From: Acutalibacteraceae bacterium | GTDB taxonomy: Bacteria; Bacillota; Clostridia; Oscillospirales; Acutalibacteraceae | Reading direction: 5' to 3' | Length of the DNA: 59,417 nucleotides | Assembly: GCA_045539095.1 (NCBI GenBank) | Contig: JAZQER010000026.1 | Coordinates: 1 to 59,417, forward strand | Translations under genes and position numbers: made by a program | The notes under the pieces: model-generated | Database searches by the model: none | What the model saw: only the letters and a program-made list of their open reading frames with translations | Told to the model about the DNA's origin: nothing | Shown here: one piece after another, positions 10,184 to 18,782 of the stretch | Position numbering within the stretch: the stretch's first letter is position 1 | Layout of the letters: every line of letters begins with the position of its first letter

Positions 10184-10680
10184 TGGAAAAGACGCATCTT
10201 GAAATCGAGAGAAAATTTCTGATTATCTTTCCTGATATAAACCTACTTGACCGCTTAGAAAACTGCTCAAAGATAGAAATTGAGCAAACCTATTTAAAAG
10301 ACCGTGCTCGAATACGAAAATGGACTGATAACGGAAAAATCACATATATAAAGACGGTTAAAAATAAGATAAATGAGCTTATTCGCATCGAAACTGAAAA
10401 CGAGATATCAAAAAAAGAGTATGAACAGCTCCTTAAATCTGCCGACCCCGACCGTAAGCCCATATCAAAAATCAGGTATAGATATCCGTATATGAACAAG
10501 GTCATTGAAATAGACGTTTTTCCGTTCTGGAGTGACCGCGCTTTTTTAGAGGTCGAGCTCGAAAGTGAAAACGATACATTTTCTCTGCCTGATTTTGTCT
10601 CGGTGATAAAAGAAGTAACCGAGGATAAACGCTACCGCAACAGCGCTCTGGCTTTCGAAATCCCATATGATGAAATTTAA
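10183..10680 (+). CDS. CYTH domain protein (triphosphate tunnel metalloenzyme)
   Basis: N-terminal EIERKFLI = ExExK CYTH signature; 165 aa. Its ATG overlaps the TAA of the upstream permease gene (TAATG). Confidence 0.8.
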   Translation: MEKTHLEIERKFLIIFPDINLLDRLENCSKIEIEQTYLKDRARIRKWTDNGKITYIKTVKNKINELIRIETENEISKKEYEQLLKSADPDRKPISKIRYRYPYMNKVIEIDVFPFWSDRAFLEVELESENDTFSLPDFVSVIKEVTEDKRYRNSALAFEIPYDEI

Positions 10681-10691
10681 AACGCTATATC

Positions 10692-11390
10692 TTAAGATAT
10701 AGCGTTTTCTGTTACCATTTTTCTTTTGAATTTTTCTTTCCAATAGTCTTTATATACGACTATTTCTGCAAACAGACACATCGGAACTGCCACAAAAGTA
10801 TCAATAACCGAATGCTGCTTAATAATAGCAGTAGACATACAAACCAGCACTGCAAATACCGTCACAAAAGCTTTTGCCCCAACAGATGCTTGCTTTTCTT
10901 TAAGCCAAGCCGATGCAATTGCGATAGAATAGCCTACGTGAAGTGAAGGACAGACATTTGTATTAGTGTCAACCGTATAAAGCAGACGTACTATGTCAGT
11001 AAAAATATTGTCTCTCGGAAACTCTGTAGGACGCAGGTCCTGCATAGTTGGGAAGAATATATATGCTGTCATCGCAATTATCTGCGTAATTATGATAAAA
11101 GTTTGAAATTTAACAAAGCTTTTCGGATTATAGAGCGCAAAGTAAAGAAGCGATACAATGACAAGCAGATACCAGCCGACATACGGTACTATAAAAAACT
11201 CGCAAAACGGTATTACATCGTCAAGACGGCTGTGTACAACATAACATTTTTCGACGGGGATAAACATTTCTGTCAAGAAATACAGAATAAAATAGCCGAC
11301 CCAGCCTAGTAAATATTTAAGATGCGAAAACTGAGGATCGTTCAGCTTCGAAAAACGAAACTCTCGATAATCAACTACAGGTTTTTTCAT
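10692..11390 (-). CDS. PAP2-superfamily integral membrane protein (PAP2_C / sphingomyelin-synthase-like subtype)
   Basis: Start moved to ATG 11390 (AAGGAGG 7 nt upstream). Multi-TM with CPSLHVGYSIAIA and SVID motifs resembling the C2/C3 phosphatase motifs. Confidence 0.6.
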   Translation of the reverse strand: MKKPVVDYREFRFSKLNDPQFSHLKYLLGWVGYFILYFLTEMFIPVEKCYVVHSRLDDVIPFCEFFIVPYVGWYLLVIVSLLYFALYNPKSFVKFQTFIIITQIIAMTAYIFFPTMQDLRPTEFPRDNIFTDIVRLLYTVDTNTNVCPSLHVGYSIAIASAWLKEKQASVGAKAFVTVFAVLVCMSTAIIKQHSVIDTFVAVPMCLFAEIVVYKDYWKEKFKRKMVTENAIS

Positions 11391-12150
11391 TTGCACTTCC
11401 TCCTTTATTGGACGGATAGTATTTCTTTGGTATATTTCTGTAAGGAATAACGGTATGCTCGGGCAACGACTCGGCAATAGCGGTTATCTCACTCATAAGA
11501 TACTCGCTTATCCGCTTTTTCTCCTCTTCAATTGGATTCATAGCATTAAATTTTATCGGTTTTCCAAGATAAGTCCCTTTTAGCTTCGGCGCATTGTACA
11601 TAGGAACAAAGGAAACTTCACGTCCCGTCTTTTTATAATAAAGACGGGCAACCTCAACAAATCCCGTTGTGAACTCATACAATATATGATTGTAATTTAC
11701 ATTATGCTCGGGAAAAATTATGATATTCGCTCCGTCTTTCAGCCCTGCGACGGTGGCTTTAAAGGTCGACAGTATCCTTGTGTCGTGATAAACTCCGATA
11801 GTGCGCGCGTTGTTCATAAGAAAGACCGAAAGCGGCGCTATTATGTAAGATGCTATTTTATAAAACCAGTGGGTGTGCTTGGGCTTTTCACTCCAGAAGT
11901 CCTTGAATGCATACGCGGGAACATCACGAAGATGCAGCATATCCCCGACACACCATATAAGTCTTTTCCCCGGAAAATGTATCTCACCGATAATCGGCCC
12001 GTTCATCTGTGTATGGTTCCCGACGATGATGCACGGCTCATCGGGCAGATTCTCGGTTCCGATTATTTTGATTTTCGGATAGAAAAGCCATACAAACCAT
12101 CTTACTATCTTAAAAAACACAGACGGCTTTTTCTTTGCGTTTTGACTCAT
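11371..12150 (-). CDS. Lysophospholipid (1-acyl-sn-glycerol-3-phosphate) acyltransferase-family protein
   Basis: VGNHTQMNGP (HX4-type acyltransferase block) and IIFPEHN block. Its 3' end overlaps the PAP2 gene start by 20 nt. Confidence 0.7.
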   Translation of the reverse strand: MSQNAKKKPSVFFKIVRWFVWLFYPKIKIIGTENLPDEPCIIVGNHTQMNGPIIGEIHFPGKRLIWCVGDMLHLRDVPAYAFKDFWSEKPKHTHWFYKIASYIIAPLSVFLMNNARTIGVYHDTRILSTFKATVAGLKDGANIIIFPEHNVNYNHILYEFTTGFVEVARLYYKKTGREVSFVPMYNAPKLKGTYLGKPIKFNAMNPIEEEKKRISEYLMSEITAIAESLPEHTVIPYRNIPKKYYPSNKGGSANEKTCS

Positions 12151-12302
12151 TTAATCATGCTCTTTCCTGCGATCTAGAAATTAAATTTTAATCTCGAAAA
12201 ATATACCAGAAATTAACTTAGGATTAATAAACTGTAAACAAGGAATTATATACAGCCCTTGAATAAACAGCGCACTTATTATACCACTCTGCCCGCGCTT
12301 TA

Positions 12303-12338
12303 TCAAGAAAAAAGGATGTGAGAAAAATCACATCCTTT
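12303..12338 (-). terminator. Rho-independent terminator of the 75-aa ORF
   Basis: AAAGGATGTGA / TCACATCCTTT stem (12311-12338), followed on the minus strand by a T-run. Confidence 0.75.
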
Positions 12339-12346
12339 CAAATCCG

Positions 12347-12574
12347 CTATTTTTCAAGCCATTCCTTGACCTTCTCGGCAGAAATGCGTTTTATATCCTC
12401 GTTCGGGTAGGGAGAATCTTCTCCTCCGTTTACGTAAAGAAAATATTTTCCGTCCTCTCGTCTGTAAAGGCATTCCTCATATCCCGTACCCTCTCCGAAG
12501 TTACCGAAGGTCTTTTTAGATACAAACTCACTATTTTCAGTATCATATTCCAATTTTGCAATAATTTTTCTCAT
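12347..12574 (-). CDS. Small hypothetical protein (75 aa), monocistronic
   Basis: ORF with AGGAAA-type RBS and its own terminator. No recognisable motif. Confidence 0.45.
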   Translation of the reverse strand: MRKIIAKLEYDTENSEFVSKKTFGNFGEGTGYEECLYRREDGKYFLYVNGGEDSPYPNEDIKRISAEKVKEWLEK

Positions 12575-12702
12575 AACAATTTCCTTTCTGTATGCTTTAG
12601 GTGTTGCTTCTTATATATTTCCACAAAGATAGACTAACTTGCATATCAAAAGTTTTTTACAAAAATTACCTAAACTCTGCTTTCGCGATTTTTAAGTAAA
12701 TA

Positions 12703-12731
12703 TTGCTTATTTTTAAGTTAAGCATTATAAT
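12703..12731 (+). promoter_or_regulatory. Candidate sigma-A promoter of the G1P-dehydrogenase-family gene
   Basis: TTGCTT (12703-12708), 17 nt, TATAAT (12726-12731). Only ~15 nt before the annotated ATG, so the real start codon may lie downstream or the mRNA has a very short leader. Confidence 0.5.
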
Positions 12732-12745
12732 AAAGAAAGATATTT

Positions 12746-14038
12746 ATGCAAAGGATGATTATTTTGGATTTCACCGAGCTTTTAAAGCCTCAAAAATGCT
12801 CATGCGGTAAGACACACCGTTGTGATATAAAGTACATTTATATAGAAAAAAACGCAATACGCCATCTCGATGAAATGTGCAAGGAATATGAGAAAATACT
12901 TATCGTTGCCGACGAGAACACATACGCCGTCGCGGGTGAAAAGTGCGAAGCTTGTTTAAAAGGTAAAGATATACGCCGACAGATATTTAGCGGAAAATCA
13001 CTCGTTATCCCAAACGAAGAGGCTATAAGTGCTGTCAAAAACAGTCTTTCAGATGCTGAACTTATAATAGGAATAGGCTCAGGAGTTATTCAGGACCTAT
13101 GTAAGTACATTTCATATTTCGAGGGTGTTCCTTATTATATAGTTGCAACTGCCCCCTCAATGGACGGATATGCCACAAGCGGAGCCGCCATGATAACTGG
13201 AGGAATGAAAGTAACCTACCCGACCAAGGTGCCCGACGGTTTTATAGGCGACACCGAAATACTGAAAAGTGCACCTATAGAAATGATAAAAGCGGGCTAT
13301 GGCGACATCGTTGGTAAATATTCTGCTTTGAACGATTGGAAGCTCAGTGCTGCCGTGCTCGGTGAGTATTTTTGTGACAATATCTACTCTCTTGTCCACA
13401 CAAGTCTCTTAAAGACTCTGCCACTCGCAAAAAAACTGCTTTCGAGAGACGAAGAAGCGCTTAAGATTCTCACAGAAGCTATTATAGTTGTGGGCATCGC
13501 CTTGGCATATGCCGAAAATTCACGCCCTGCTTCAGGCAGTGAACACCATTTGTCTCATTTCTTTGAAATTACAGGTATACTTAACAATGAAGCATATTTA
13601 TCTCACGGAGCCGATGTTGCTTTCTCTACCGTTATTACTGCGAAAATGAGAGAGTGTATACTGTCGAGCCAGCTTCCCGAGAGTCAGTTTGTTATGGAGA
13701 AGTGTGAATATGAATCTGAAATGAAGCGTGTCTACGGAAAAATTAGCGACAGTTGTATAGCGCTTCACCAAAAAACTGGCTGGTATGAAGAGGACAGGTT
13801 CTCTGTCTACAAGCAAAAGGAAGCTGAGATAAGAGCTATCCTCCAAGAAATGCCGAGTGCAGAGAAAATAGAAAAAATACTTCGCGATATAGAGCTTGAT
13901 TCAAAAGAATTTTACCGCTTATATTCTAAAGAAAAACTGCACGATGCCGTAATTTATGCAAAGGACCTGAAGGACAGATTCAGTGTGCTTTGGATGTACT
14001 ATGATATTTTCGGTAAAACGGTTAATTTTTCGGTATAG
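12746..14038 (+). CDS. sn-glycerol-1-phosphate dehydrogenase family / iron-containing alcohol dehydrogenase-like (AraM/EgsA-like)
   Basis: GIGSGVIQDLCKY nucleotide-binding block, PSMDGY, and GSEHHLSHF metal-binding block in the order seen in G1PDH/AraM-type enzymes. 430 aa with extra C-terminal sequence. Confidence 0.7.
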   Translation: MQRMIILDFTELLKPQKCSCGKTHRCDIKYIYIEKNAIRHLDEMCKEYEKILIVADENTYAVAGEKCEACLKGKDIRRQIFSGKSLVIPNEEAISAVKNSLSDAELIIGIGSGVIQDLCKYISYFEGVPYYIVATAPSMDGYATSGAAMITGGMKVTYPTKVPDGFIGDTEILKSAPIEMIKAGYGDIVGKYSALNDWKLSAAVLGEYFCDNIYSLVHTSLLKTLPLAKKLLSRDEEALKILTEAIIVVGIALAYAENSRPASGSEHHLSHFFEITGILNNEAYLSHGADVAFSTVITAKMRECILSSQLPESQFVMEKCEYESEMKRVYGKISDSCIALHQKTGWYEEDRFSVYKQKEAEIRAILQEMPSAEKIEKILRDIELDSKEFYRLYSKEKLHDAVIYAKDLKDRFSVLWMYYDIFGKTVNFSV

Positions 14039-14074
14039 ATTTATAGCTTAGTCTCAAAACTGTCACCATACGGG

Positions 14075-14105
14075 TAAAAAAGCCTATGTCGTTATGACAT
14101 AGGCT
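14075..14105 (-). terminator. Terminator between convergent G1PDH-like and glycerate kinase genes
   Basis: AGCCTATGTC / GACATAGGCT stem (14081-14105). The A6 run on the plus side gives a T-run for the minus-strand transcript. Confidence 0.75.
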
Positions 14106-14111
14106 TTACTC

Positions 14112-15260
14112 TTACATTATAAGTCGGAGTACCTGATATGCTGTGGCTTCAAGATTTTTAGCGGCGTTTTCGGTTTTGAGAGCGTCTTCTAGGCTCACAA
14201 CACCGCGCATTATCGGAAAATAAGCGTCTATTCCATGCTCGTTTATGACCTCAGCATCCTCGGTGACACAACCCGAAAATGCTATGACCTTTTTGCCGTA
14301 TTTTTTCGCGAGCTCGGCAACGCCGATAGGCGCCTTGCCCATAACAGTCTGAGAATCAAGTCTGCCCTCGCCCGTTACCACGATATCGGCATACTTTATA
14401 TAGTCCTCAAGTTTTGTTTCCTCTAAAATTATCTTGATTCCCGACTGAAGTTCGGCATTAAGATATGCTCTAAACGCAAAGCCGAGACCGCCTGCCGCGC
14501 CCGTACCGGGGAAATCCTTATCGGCTTTATCCGATACTGTTTTCGAAAGTTCGGCATAAGTTTCAAGCCACTTATCCATATCGGCAATTATCTCGGGTGT
14601 GGCACCCTTTTGCGGTCCGTAAACGGCGCTGCAGCCGTCTTTTCCGCAAAGAGGATTTGTAACATCACAGGCTATACGAAAACTGCATTCTCGAAGTAAA
14701 TCCAGAGCATTCTCACCCGATATTCTCGCGAGATTTTTGAGCCCTTTTCCGCATTGTTCGATAGACTCGCCCTTTTTATCGAGAAAACTGAAACCTAGAG
14801 CAGAAAGCATTCCGACGCCGCCATCATTCGTCGCGCCGCCTCCGATACCTACGATAAAACGCCTGCATCCGCGTGATATTGCATCCTTTATCATCTCACC
14901 GACACCGTAGGTGGTGGTATTAAGAGGATTTCTTTCCTCTGCCGAAATAAGGGTAACTCCCGCCGCAGCCGCCATTTCTATAACAGCAGTCAGACCGTCG
15001 GGTAAAATACAGTATTCAGCATTAACAGGCTCACCGAGCGGACCTGAAACCGATACAGAAACAAGTTCACCGCCGAGTCCCGAATATAAAGCCTCTACAG
15101 TACCTTCACCGCCATCTGCAAGCGGACGGACGGTAACCTCGTTATTTTCGGAAAGCCTCAGCGCAGCGCGCTTTACCGCCTCGCCCGCCTGTAAAGAAGT
15201 CAGACTGCCTTTAAAAGAATCTATTGCAACAACAATCTTCATCATAAACCCTCGCGACAT
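14112..15260 (-). CDS. Glycerate kinase
   Basis: MKIVVAIDSFKGSLTS N-terminus and PLADGGEGT, typical of GlxK/GarK. The true start is probably one of the ATGs at 15245 or 15242, after GAGGG. Confidence 0.9.
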   Translation of the reverse strand: MSRGFMMKIVVAIDSFKGSLTSLQAGEAVKRAALRLSENNEVTVRPLADGGEGTVEALYSGLGGELVSVSVSGPLGEPVNAEYCILPDGLTAVIEMAAAAGVTLISAEERNPLNTTTYGVGEMIKDAISRGCRRFIVGIGGGATNDGGVGMLSALGFSFLDKKGESIEQCGKGLKNLARISGENALDLLRECSFRIACDVTNPLCGKDGCSAVYGPQKGATPEIIADMDKWLETYAELSKTVSDKADKDFPGTGAAGGLGFAFRAYLNAELQSGIKIILEETKLEDYIKYADIVVTGEGRLDSQTVMGKAPIGVAELAKKYGKKVIAFSGCVTEDAEVINEHGIDAYFPIMRGVVSLEDALKTENAAKNLEATAYQVLRLIM

Positions 15261-15300
15261 ATTAAACTAAATGTATTATACTATTCTCTGTCCGTAAAAG

Positions 15301-15330
15301 CAACAAAAAGCTCCCAAAGATAATGGGAGC
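15301..15330 (-). terminator. Minus-strand rho-independent terminator stranded upstream of glycerate kinase
   Basis: GCTCCCA / TGGGAGC stem (15310-15330), followed on the minus strand by TTTTTGTTG. It lies just downstream (minus sense) of the orphan copy of the spoIVB 3' end. Confidence 0.6.
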
Positions 15331-15336
15331 CATATA

Positions 15337-15385
15337 TTACGATGCGTCTTTTTGCGGAACTACACGCAGGTCGTTACCTACATTT
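15337..15385 (-). repeat. Orphan copy of the spoIVB 3' end (direct repeat, copy A)
   Basis: Minus-strand reading gives NVGNDLRVVPQKDAS-stop, against NVGNDLRFPQKDAS-stop at the real spoIVB end (16219-16264). About 46 nt align, with 4 substitutions and one 3-nt indel. Confidence 0.85.
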
Positions 15386-15388
15386 TTC

Positions 15389-15417
15389 TTTACATTTCAA
15401 GTGAAAAGGAGTATATT
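15389..15417 (+). promoter_or_regulatory. Candidate sigma-A promoter of the esterase gene
   Basis: TTTACA (15389-15394), 17 nt, TATATT (15412-15417), then GGTGAGGTGA RBS and TTG start at 15435. Confidence 0.5.
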
Positions 15418-15434
15418 TGTGGTGAGGTGATTTT

Positions 15435-16187
15435 TTGATACACTCATTTTTACTTATAGGACAGTCGAATATGGCGGGGCGTGGCTTTGCGGCTGATGCC
15501 AAGCCTATCGACACTTCACATATAAAGGTTCAAAGAAACGGCAGATGGTGGCCCTTTTTCAGACCCGTAAATCCCGACAGAGTAACAGCGGGGGTCTCGC
15601 TTGCAGAAAGCTTTGCCGAAAGCTATGCCGAAAAGTTTGGTGTGGATGTAGGTCTTATTCCCTGCGCTGATGGGGGCACAAGGATCGACCAGTGGAAACG
15701 CGGAAGCCTTCTTTACGACAACGCGCTTTATTCCATTCGCCTTGCCGAGCGCACCTCGACCGTTGCAGGTATACTCTGGCATCAGGGAGAAGCCGACTGC
15801 TCTGACGCTTTGGCGGCAGAATATGAGCCGAAGCTAATTGAATTTATTAAAAACATCAAAGAGGATACGGGGCTGCACGATGTCCCCTTTTTGCTCGGCG
15901 GGCTCGGTGATTATCTTGTGAATTATCCCCCAAAAGGCATCTTTAAAAATTATCCAATAATAAACAAGGCTATGAAAACAGCCGCCGAGACACTTCCAAT
16001 GACTGGCTTTGTTTCAGCAAAAGATCTCTCCCCTAACCCCGACAATCTTCATTTCAGTGCTCCATCGCTTTATGAATTCGGGCATAGATACTTTGAACAG
16101 TTTTTGCTTCTTCGCGACGAAAATAAGGTCTTTACCGAAAAGCCGATGGATGACCTCTCGGTCAGAACAGAAATGGAAAACCTATAG
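15435..16187 (+). CDS. SGNH/DUF303-type carbohydrate esterase (sialate O-acetylesterase-like)
   Basis: LIGQSNMAGRG and WHQGEADC motifs typical of the SASA/CE6-like family. TTG start. Confidence 0.75.
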   Translation: MIHSFLLIGQSNMAGRGFAADAKPIDTSHIKVQRNGRWWPFFRPVNPDRVTAGVSLAESFAESYAEKFGVDVGLIPCADGGTRIDQWKRGSLLYDNALYSIRLAERTSTVAGILWHQGEADCSDALAAEYEPKLIEFIKNIKEDTGLHDVPFLLGGLGDYLVNYPPKGIFKNYPIINKAMKTAAETLPMTGFVSAKDLSPNPDNLHFSAPSLYEFGHRYFEQFLLLRDENKVFTEKPMDDLSVRTEMENL

Positions 16188-16191
16188 AAAA

Positions 16192-16220
16192 ACATCCCGA
16201 GAATTCCTCGGGATGTTTTT
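16192..16220. terminator. Bidirectional terminator between the esterase gene and spoIVB
   Basis: ACATCCCGAG / CTCGGGATGT stem flanked by an A-run and a T-run. Confidence 0.75.
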
Positions 16221-16264
16221 ATGATGCGTCTTTTTGCGGAAAACGCAGGTCGTTCCCTACGTTT
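16219..16264 (-). repeat. spoIVB 3' end (direct repeat, copy B)
   Basis: Partner of 15337-15385; see above. Confidence 0.85.
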
Positions 16265-17451
16265 TCCGCAACTGATTGCGCCGTTTCGAGCATGGTTTCG
16301 GCGAAGATGCCGTAGCCGCATTTTGAATTGTCGATAAGCACGTGGGTTACGGCGCCGACAAGTTTTCCGTTTTGGATAATAGGGCTTCCCGACATTCCCT
16401 GAACTATACCGCCCGTTTTTTCGAGCAGCCGCTCATCGGTCACTTCGACAAGAAGATTCTGAGTATCGCCCATACTTTTCACCTTTATAGTGCAGGAATA
16501 ATATTGCGGTGTGTCACCGTCGATTGTGGTAAGAATATAAGCCGAGCCATTTTTGACCTCTTGTTTAAGCGCTATCTTCATAAGATTAGATGTGTCGACA
16601 TCGCTTTTCGCTGTTCCGTAGACTCCGTTTTCACAGTTTACAGAAAAGCCTGATATCGACTTATTAGTAAATCTGCCTTTAAGCTCGCCGGGAGCTCCAT
16701 CCCGCCCTTTTTCAACCGAAACGATTTTAGCCGTTACAAACTCGCCGTGATTAAGAGTGAGCAGGGTTCCCGTATCGCTGTCTGTGATGCCGTGACCGAG
16801 TCCCGACACGACATTTGCCGACGGACTGTAAAATGTGAGCGTTCCGACTCCCGCCGACGAGTCTTTGACCCACATACCTGCCCTATAGATTCCGTCATCC
16901 GACATTACGGCTTTAAAACGTACTGTAATGCGGGTACCGTTTCGGACTATCTTTGCAATAATATCGCCACCCGAAGAATTTTTTATAATACCCATTACAT
17001 CTTCATTTGTGTAAACATTTGTACCGTTAAGAGAAACGATAAAATCTCCCTCTTTAATGCCTGCATCCTTAGCGGGACTCTTTTTGCCGGACTGTGTCTG
17101 TACATCTGAAAAACCTACGACAAGAACGCCATCAGTGTAAATTTTTATGCCGAAAGGAGTTCCCAGCACCGCTACATAATAATCGTCGACAACATCGACG
17201 GTTATATTTCGGGCGGGGATAAATCCAAACACCTTTACCTTAGCATCGTATGTGCTTTCCTCCCCCTCTTTTGCGCCCCTGTAAGAAATAGATATAGGAA
17301 GAGAGGAGTCGATGCTCAGCGACTCGCCCTCGTTTATCTTATACGAATCAGACAACTGTCGGTCTAAATATATGATAGAACCGAATACCACTAAACAGGC
17401 TATGCTGAGAAGACAAAATAGAGTTCGGGCTGCAATTTTCATATAATTCAT
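16219..17451 (-). CDS. spoIVB: Stage IV sporulation protein B (SpoIVB signalling serine peptidase, S55)
   Basis: Start moved to ATG 17451 (AAAGGAGG upstream). N-terminal TM, PDZ region, and S55 catalytic region with GTLTFY and GMSGSPIIQNGKLVGAVTHV. Confidence 0.9.
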   Translation of the reverse strand: MNYMKIAARTLFCLLSIACLVVFGSIIYLDRQLSDSYKINEGESLSIDSSLPISISYRGAKEGEESTYDAKVKVFGFIPARNITVDVVDDYYVAVLGTPFGIKIYTDGVLVVGFSDVQTQSGKKSPAKDAGIKEGDFIVSLNGTNVYTNEDVMGIIKNSSGGDIIAKIVRNGTRITVRFKAVMSDDGIYRAGMWVKDSSAGVGTLTFYSPSANVVSGLGHGITDSDTGTLLTLNHGEFVTAKIVSVEKGRDGAPGELKGRFTNKSISGFSVNCENGVYGTAKSDVDTSNLMKIALKQEVKNGSAYILTTIDGDTPQYYSCTIKVKSMGDTQNLLVEVTDERLLEKTGGIVQGMSGSPIIQNGKLVGAVTHVLIDNSKCGYGIFAETMLETAQSVAENVGNDLRFPQKDAS

Positions 17452-17586
17452 TTTTGCACCTCCTTTAAATACTTTCTGCAAAAATGAACATCATATGAAA
17501 GAGAATAATTTACAAGTTTATATTATGTAATTAAGCAGAGAAGGATTATCCGAATCCGATTTTGACAGGCCGATTTTCACATCTGC

Positions 17587-17823
17587 TTAACAAGTTTTTA
17601 CAAGAATAGTTTCAGAGCCTATTATCTCAATGTCCTCCCAAGGGATAACAATATCGTCGTCTCTGCCAAAAAGTCCGAAGCCTTTAGGTCTACCGAAGAT
17701 AACGATGGAGGAAAGCCTGCCCGTTTCGGTATCAAGCTCTATGTCCCCCACCGGTCCGAGCAGTGCTCCGTTTTTGACACAAATTACCTGACGGTCTTTG
17801 AGTTCTGCTATTCTTTCAATCAT
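17587..17823 (-). CDS. YlmC/YmxH-family sporulation protein (PRC-barrel)
   Basis: Start moved to ATG 17823 (GAGGTG upstream). LKDRQVICVKNGALLG...DIELDTETGRLSSIVI is typical of this family. Confidence 0.85.
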   Translation of the reverse strand: MIERIAELKDRQVICVKNGALLGPVGDIELDTETGRLSSIVIFGRPKGFGLFGRDDDIVIPWEDIEIIGSETILVKTC

Positions 17824-17860
17824 AAAAACACCTCTATCGCAGTATATGCAAAAAGGTGTA

Positions 17861-18628
17861 TCAATTTCCCTTGATTTTAGAAATAGCTCCTTTTTCAAGG
17901 CGGGAAACCTGCGCCTGAGAAATACCTATCTCGTTTGAGACCTCCATTTGAGTCATACCCTGCATAAAGCGAAGGCTCAGTATCTTTTTTTCGCGATCAT
18001 TCAGTTTATGAATAGCCTCCTTGAAGGCGATTTCATCCAGCCAGTTTCTGTCATCATTTTTGTCACCGAGTTGATCAAGCACATAAATTGTATCTCCGCC
18101 ATCGGAATATACCGGCTCATAAAGCGAAATTGGGTCGACTATGCTTTCAAGAGCCATCACAACATCTTCCTTTGGTATGCCGAGCTTTTCTGCTATTTCG
18201 AGAACGGTAGGCTCGCGGTGAAACTCATTTATAAGAGCCTCCTTCACTTGCATTGCGCGATAGGCGGTGTCCTTTATTGAACGGCTGATGCGTACCGAAT
18301 CGTTATCGCGAAGATATCGGCGTATTTCGCCTATTATCATTGGAACTGCATAGGTCGAGAATTTTACATTTTGAGTTATATCAAAATTATCTATAGATTT
18401 AATGAGTCCTATGCAGCCGATCTGAAAAAGGTCATCGGGATTTTCACCTCTGGATGAGAATCTTTGGACCACGCTGAGCACAAGTCTCAGATTTCCGTTA
18501 ATAAGCTCATCGCGCGCCCTTTTATCCCCCTGTTTTACCTTTTTTAAAAGTTCTGTTTTTTCCTTTTCTCTAAGCACCGGCAGCTTTGCCGTATCGACTC
18601 CGCAGATAACGACCCTATTGCTATACAT
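17861..18628 (-). CDS. sigG: RNA polymerase sporulation sigma factor SigG
   Basis: ICGVDTAKLPVL, NGNLRLVLSVVQRF, VKFSTYAVPMIIGEIRRYLRDN and ISQAQVSRLEK run collinear with my recollection of B. subtilis SigG along the full length. Confidence 0.9.
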   Translation of the reverse strand: MYSNRVVICGVDTAKLPVLREKEKTELLKKVKQGDKRARDELINGNLRLVLSVVQRFSSRGENPDDLFQIGCIGLIKSIDNFDITQNVKFSTYAVPMIIGEIRRYLRDNDSVRISRSIKDTAYRAMQVKEALINEFHREPTVLEIAEKLGIPKEDVVMALESIVDPISLYEPVYSDGGDTIYVLDQLGDKNDDRNWLDEIAFKEAIHKLNDREKKILSLRFMQGMTQMEVSNEIGISQAQVSRLEKGAISKIKGN

Positions 18629-18748
18629 AACGACACCTCGACGATAATTTTTTCTAATAAAAGTATTTACCGTCCGGCTCGCTATTACACCGTAAAAATA
18701 TTTTTTGCTTCGACAAAGTTCACTTGAATTTTTAAAAAAATTGTGCTA

Positions 18749-18779
18749 ACAAAAACGGAAGAGCTGATTCTCTTCCGTT
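18749..18779 (-). terminator. Terminator after the phosphopantetheinyl transferase gene
   Basis: AACGGAAGAG / TCTTCCGTT stem (18754-18779) followed on the minus strand by TTTTTG. Confidence 0.75.
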
Positions 18780-18782
18780 TAA

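Noticed and set aside
18709-18715. A perfect Spo0A-box heptamer (TGTCGAA on the minus strand) upstream of sigG.
   Set aside because: A 7-mer is expected several times by chance in 59 kb on two strands, and sigG is not classically a direct Spo0A target.
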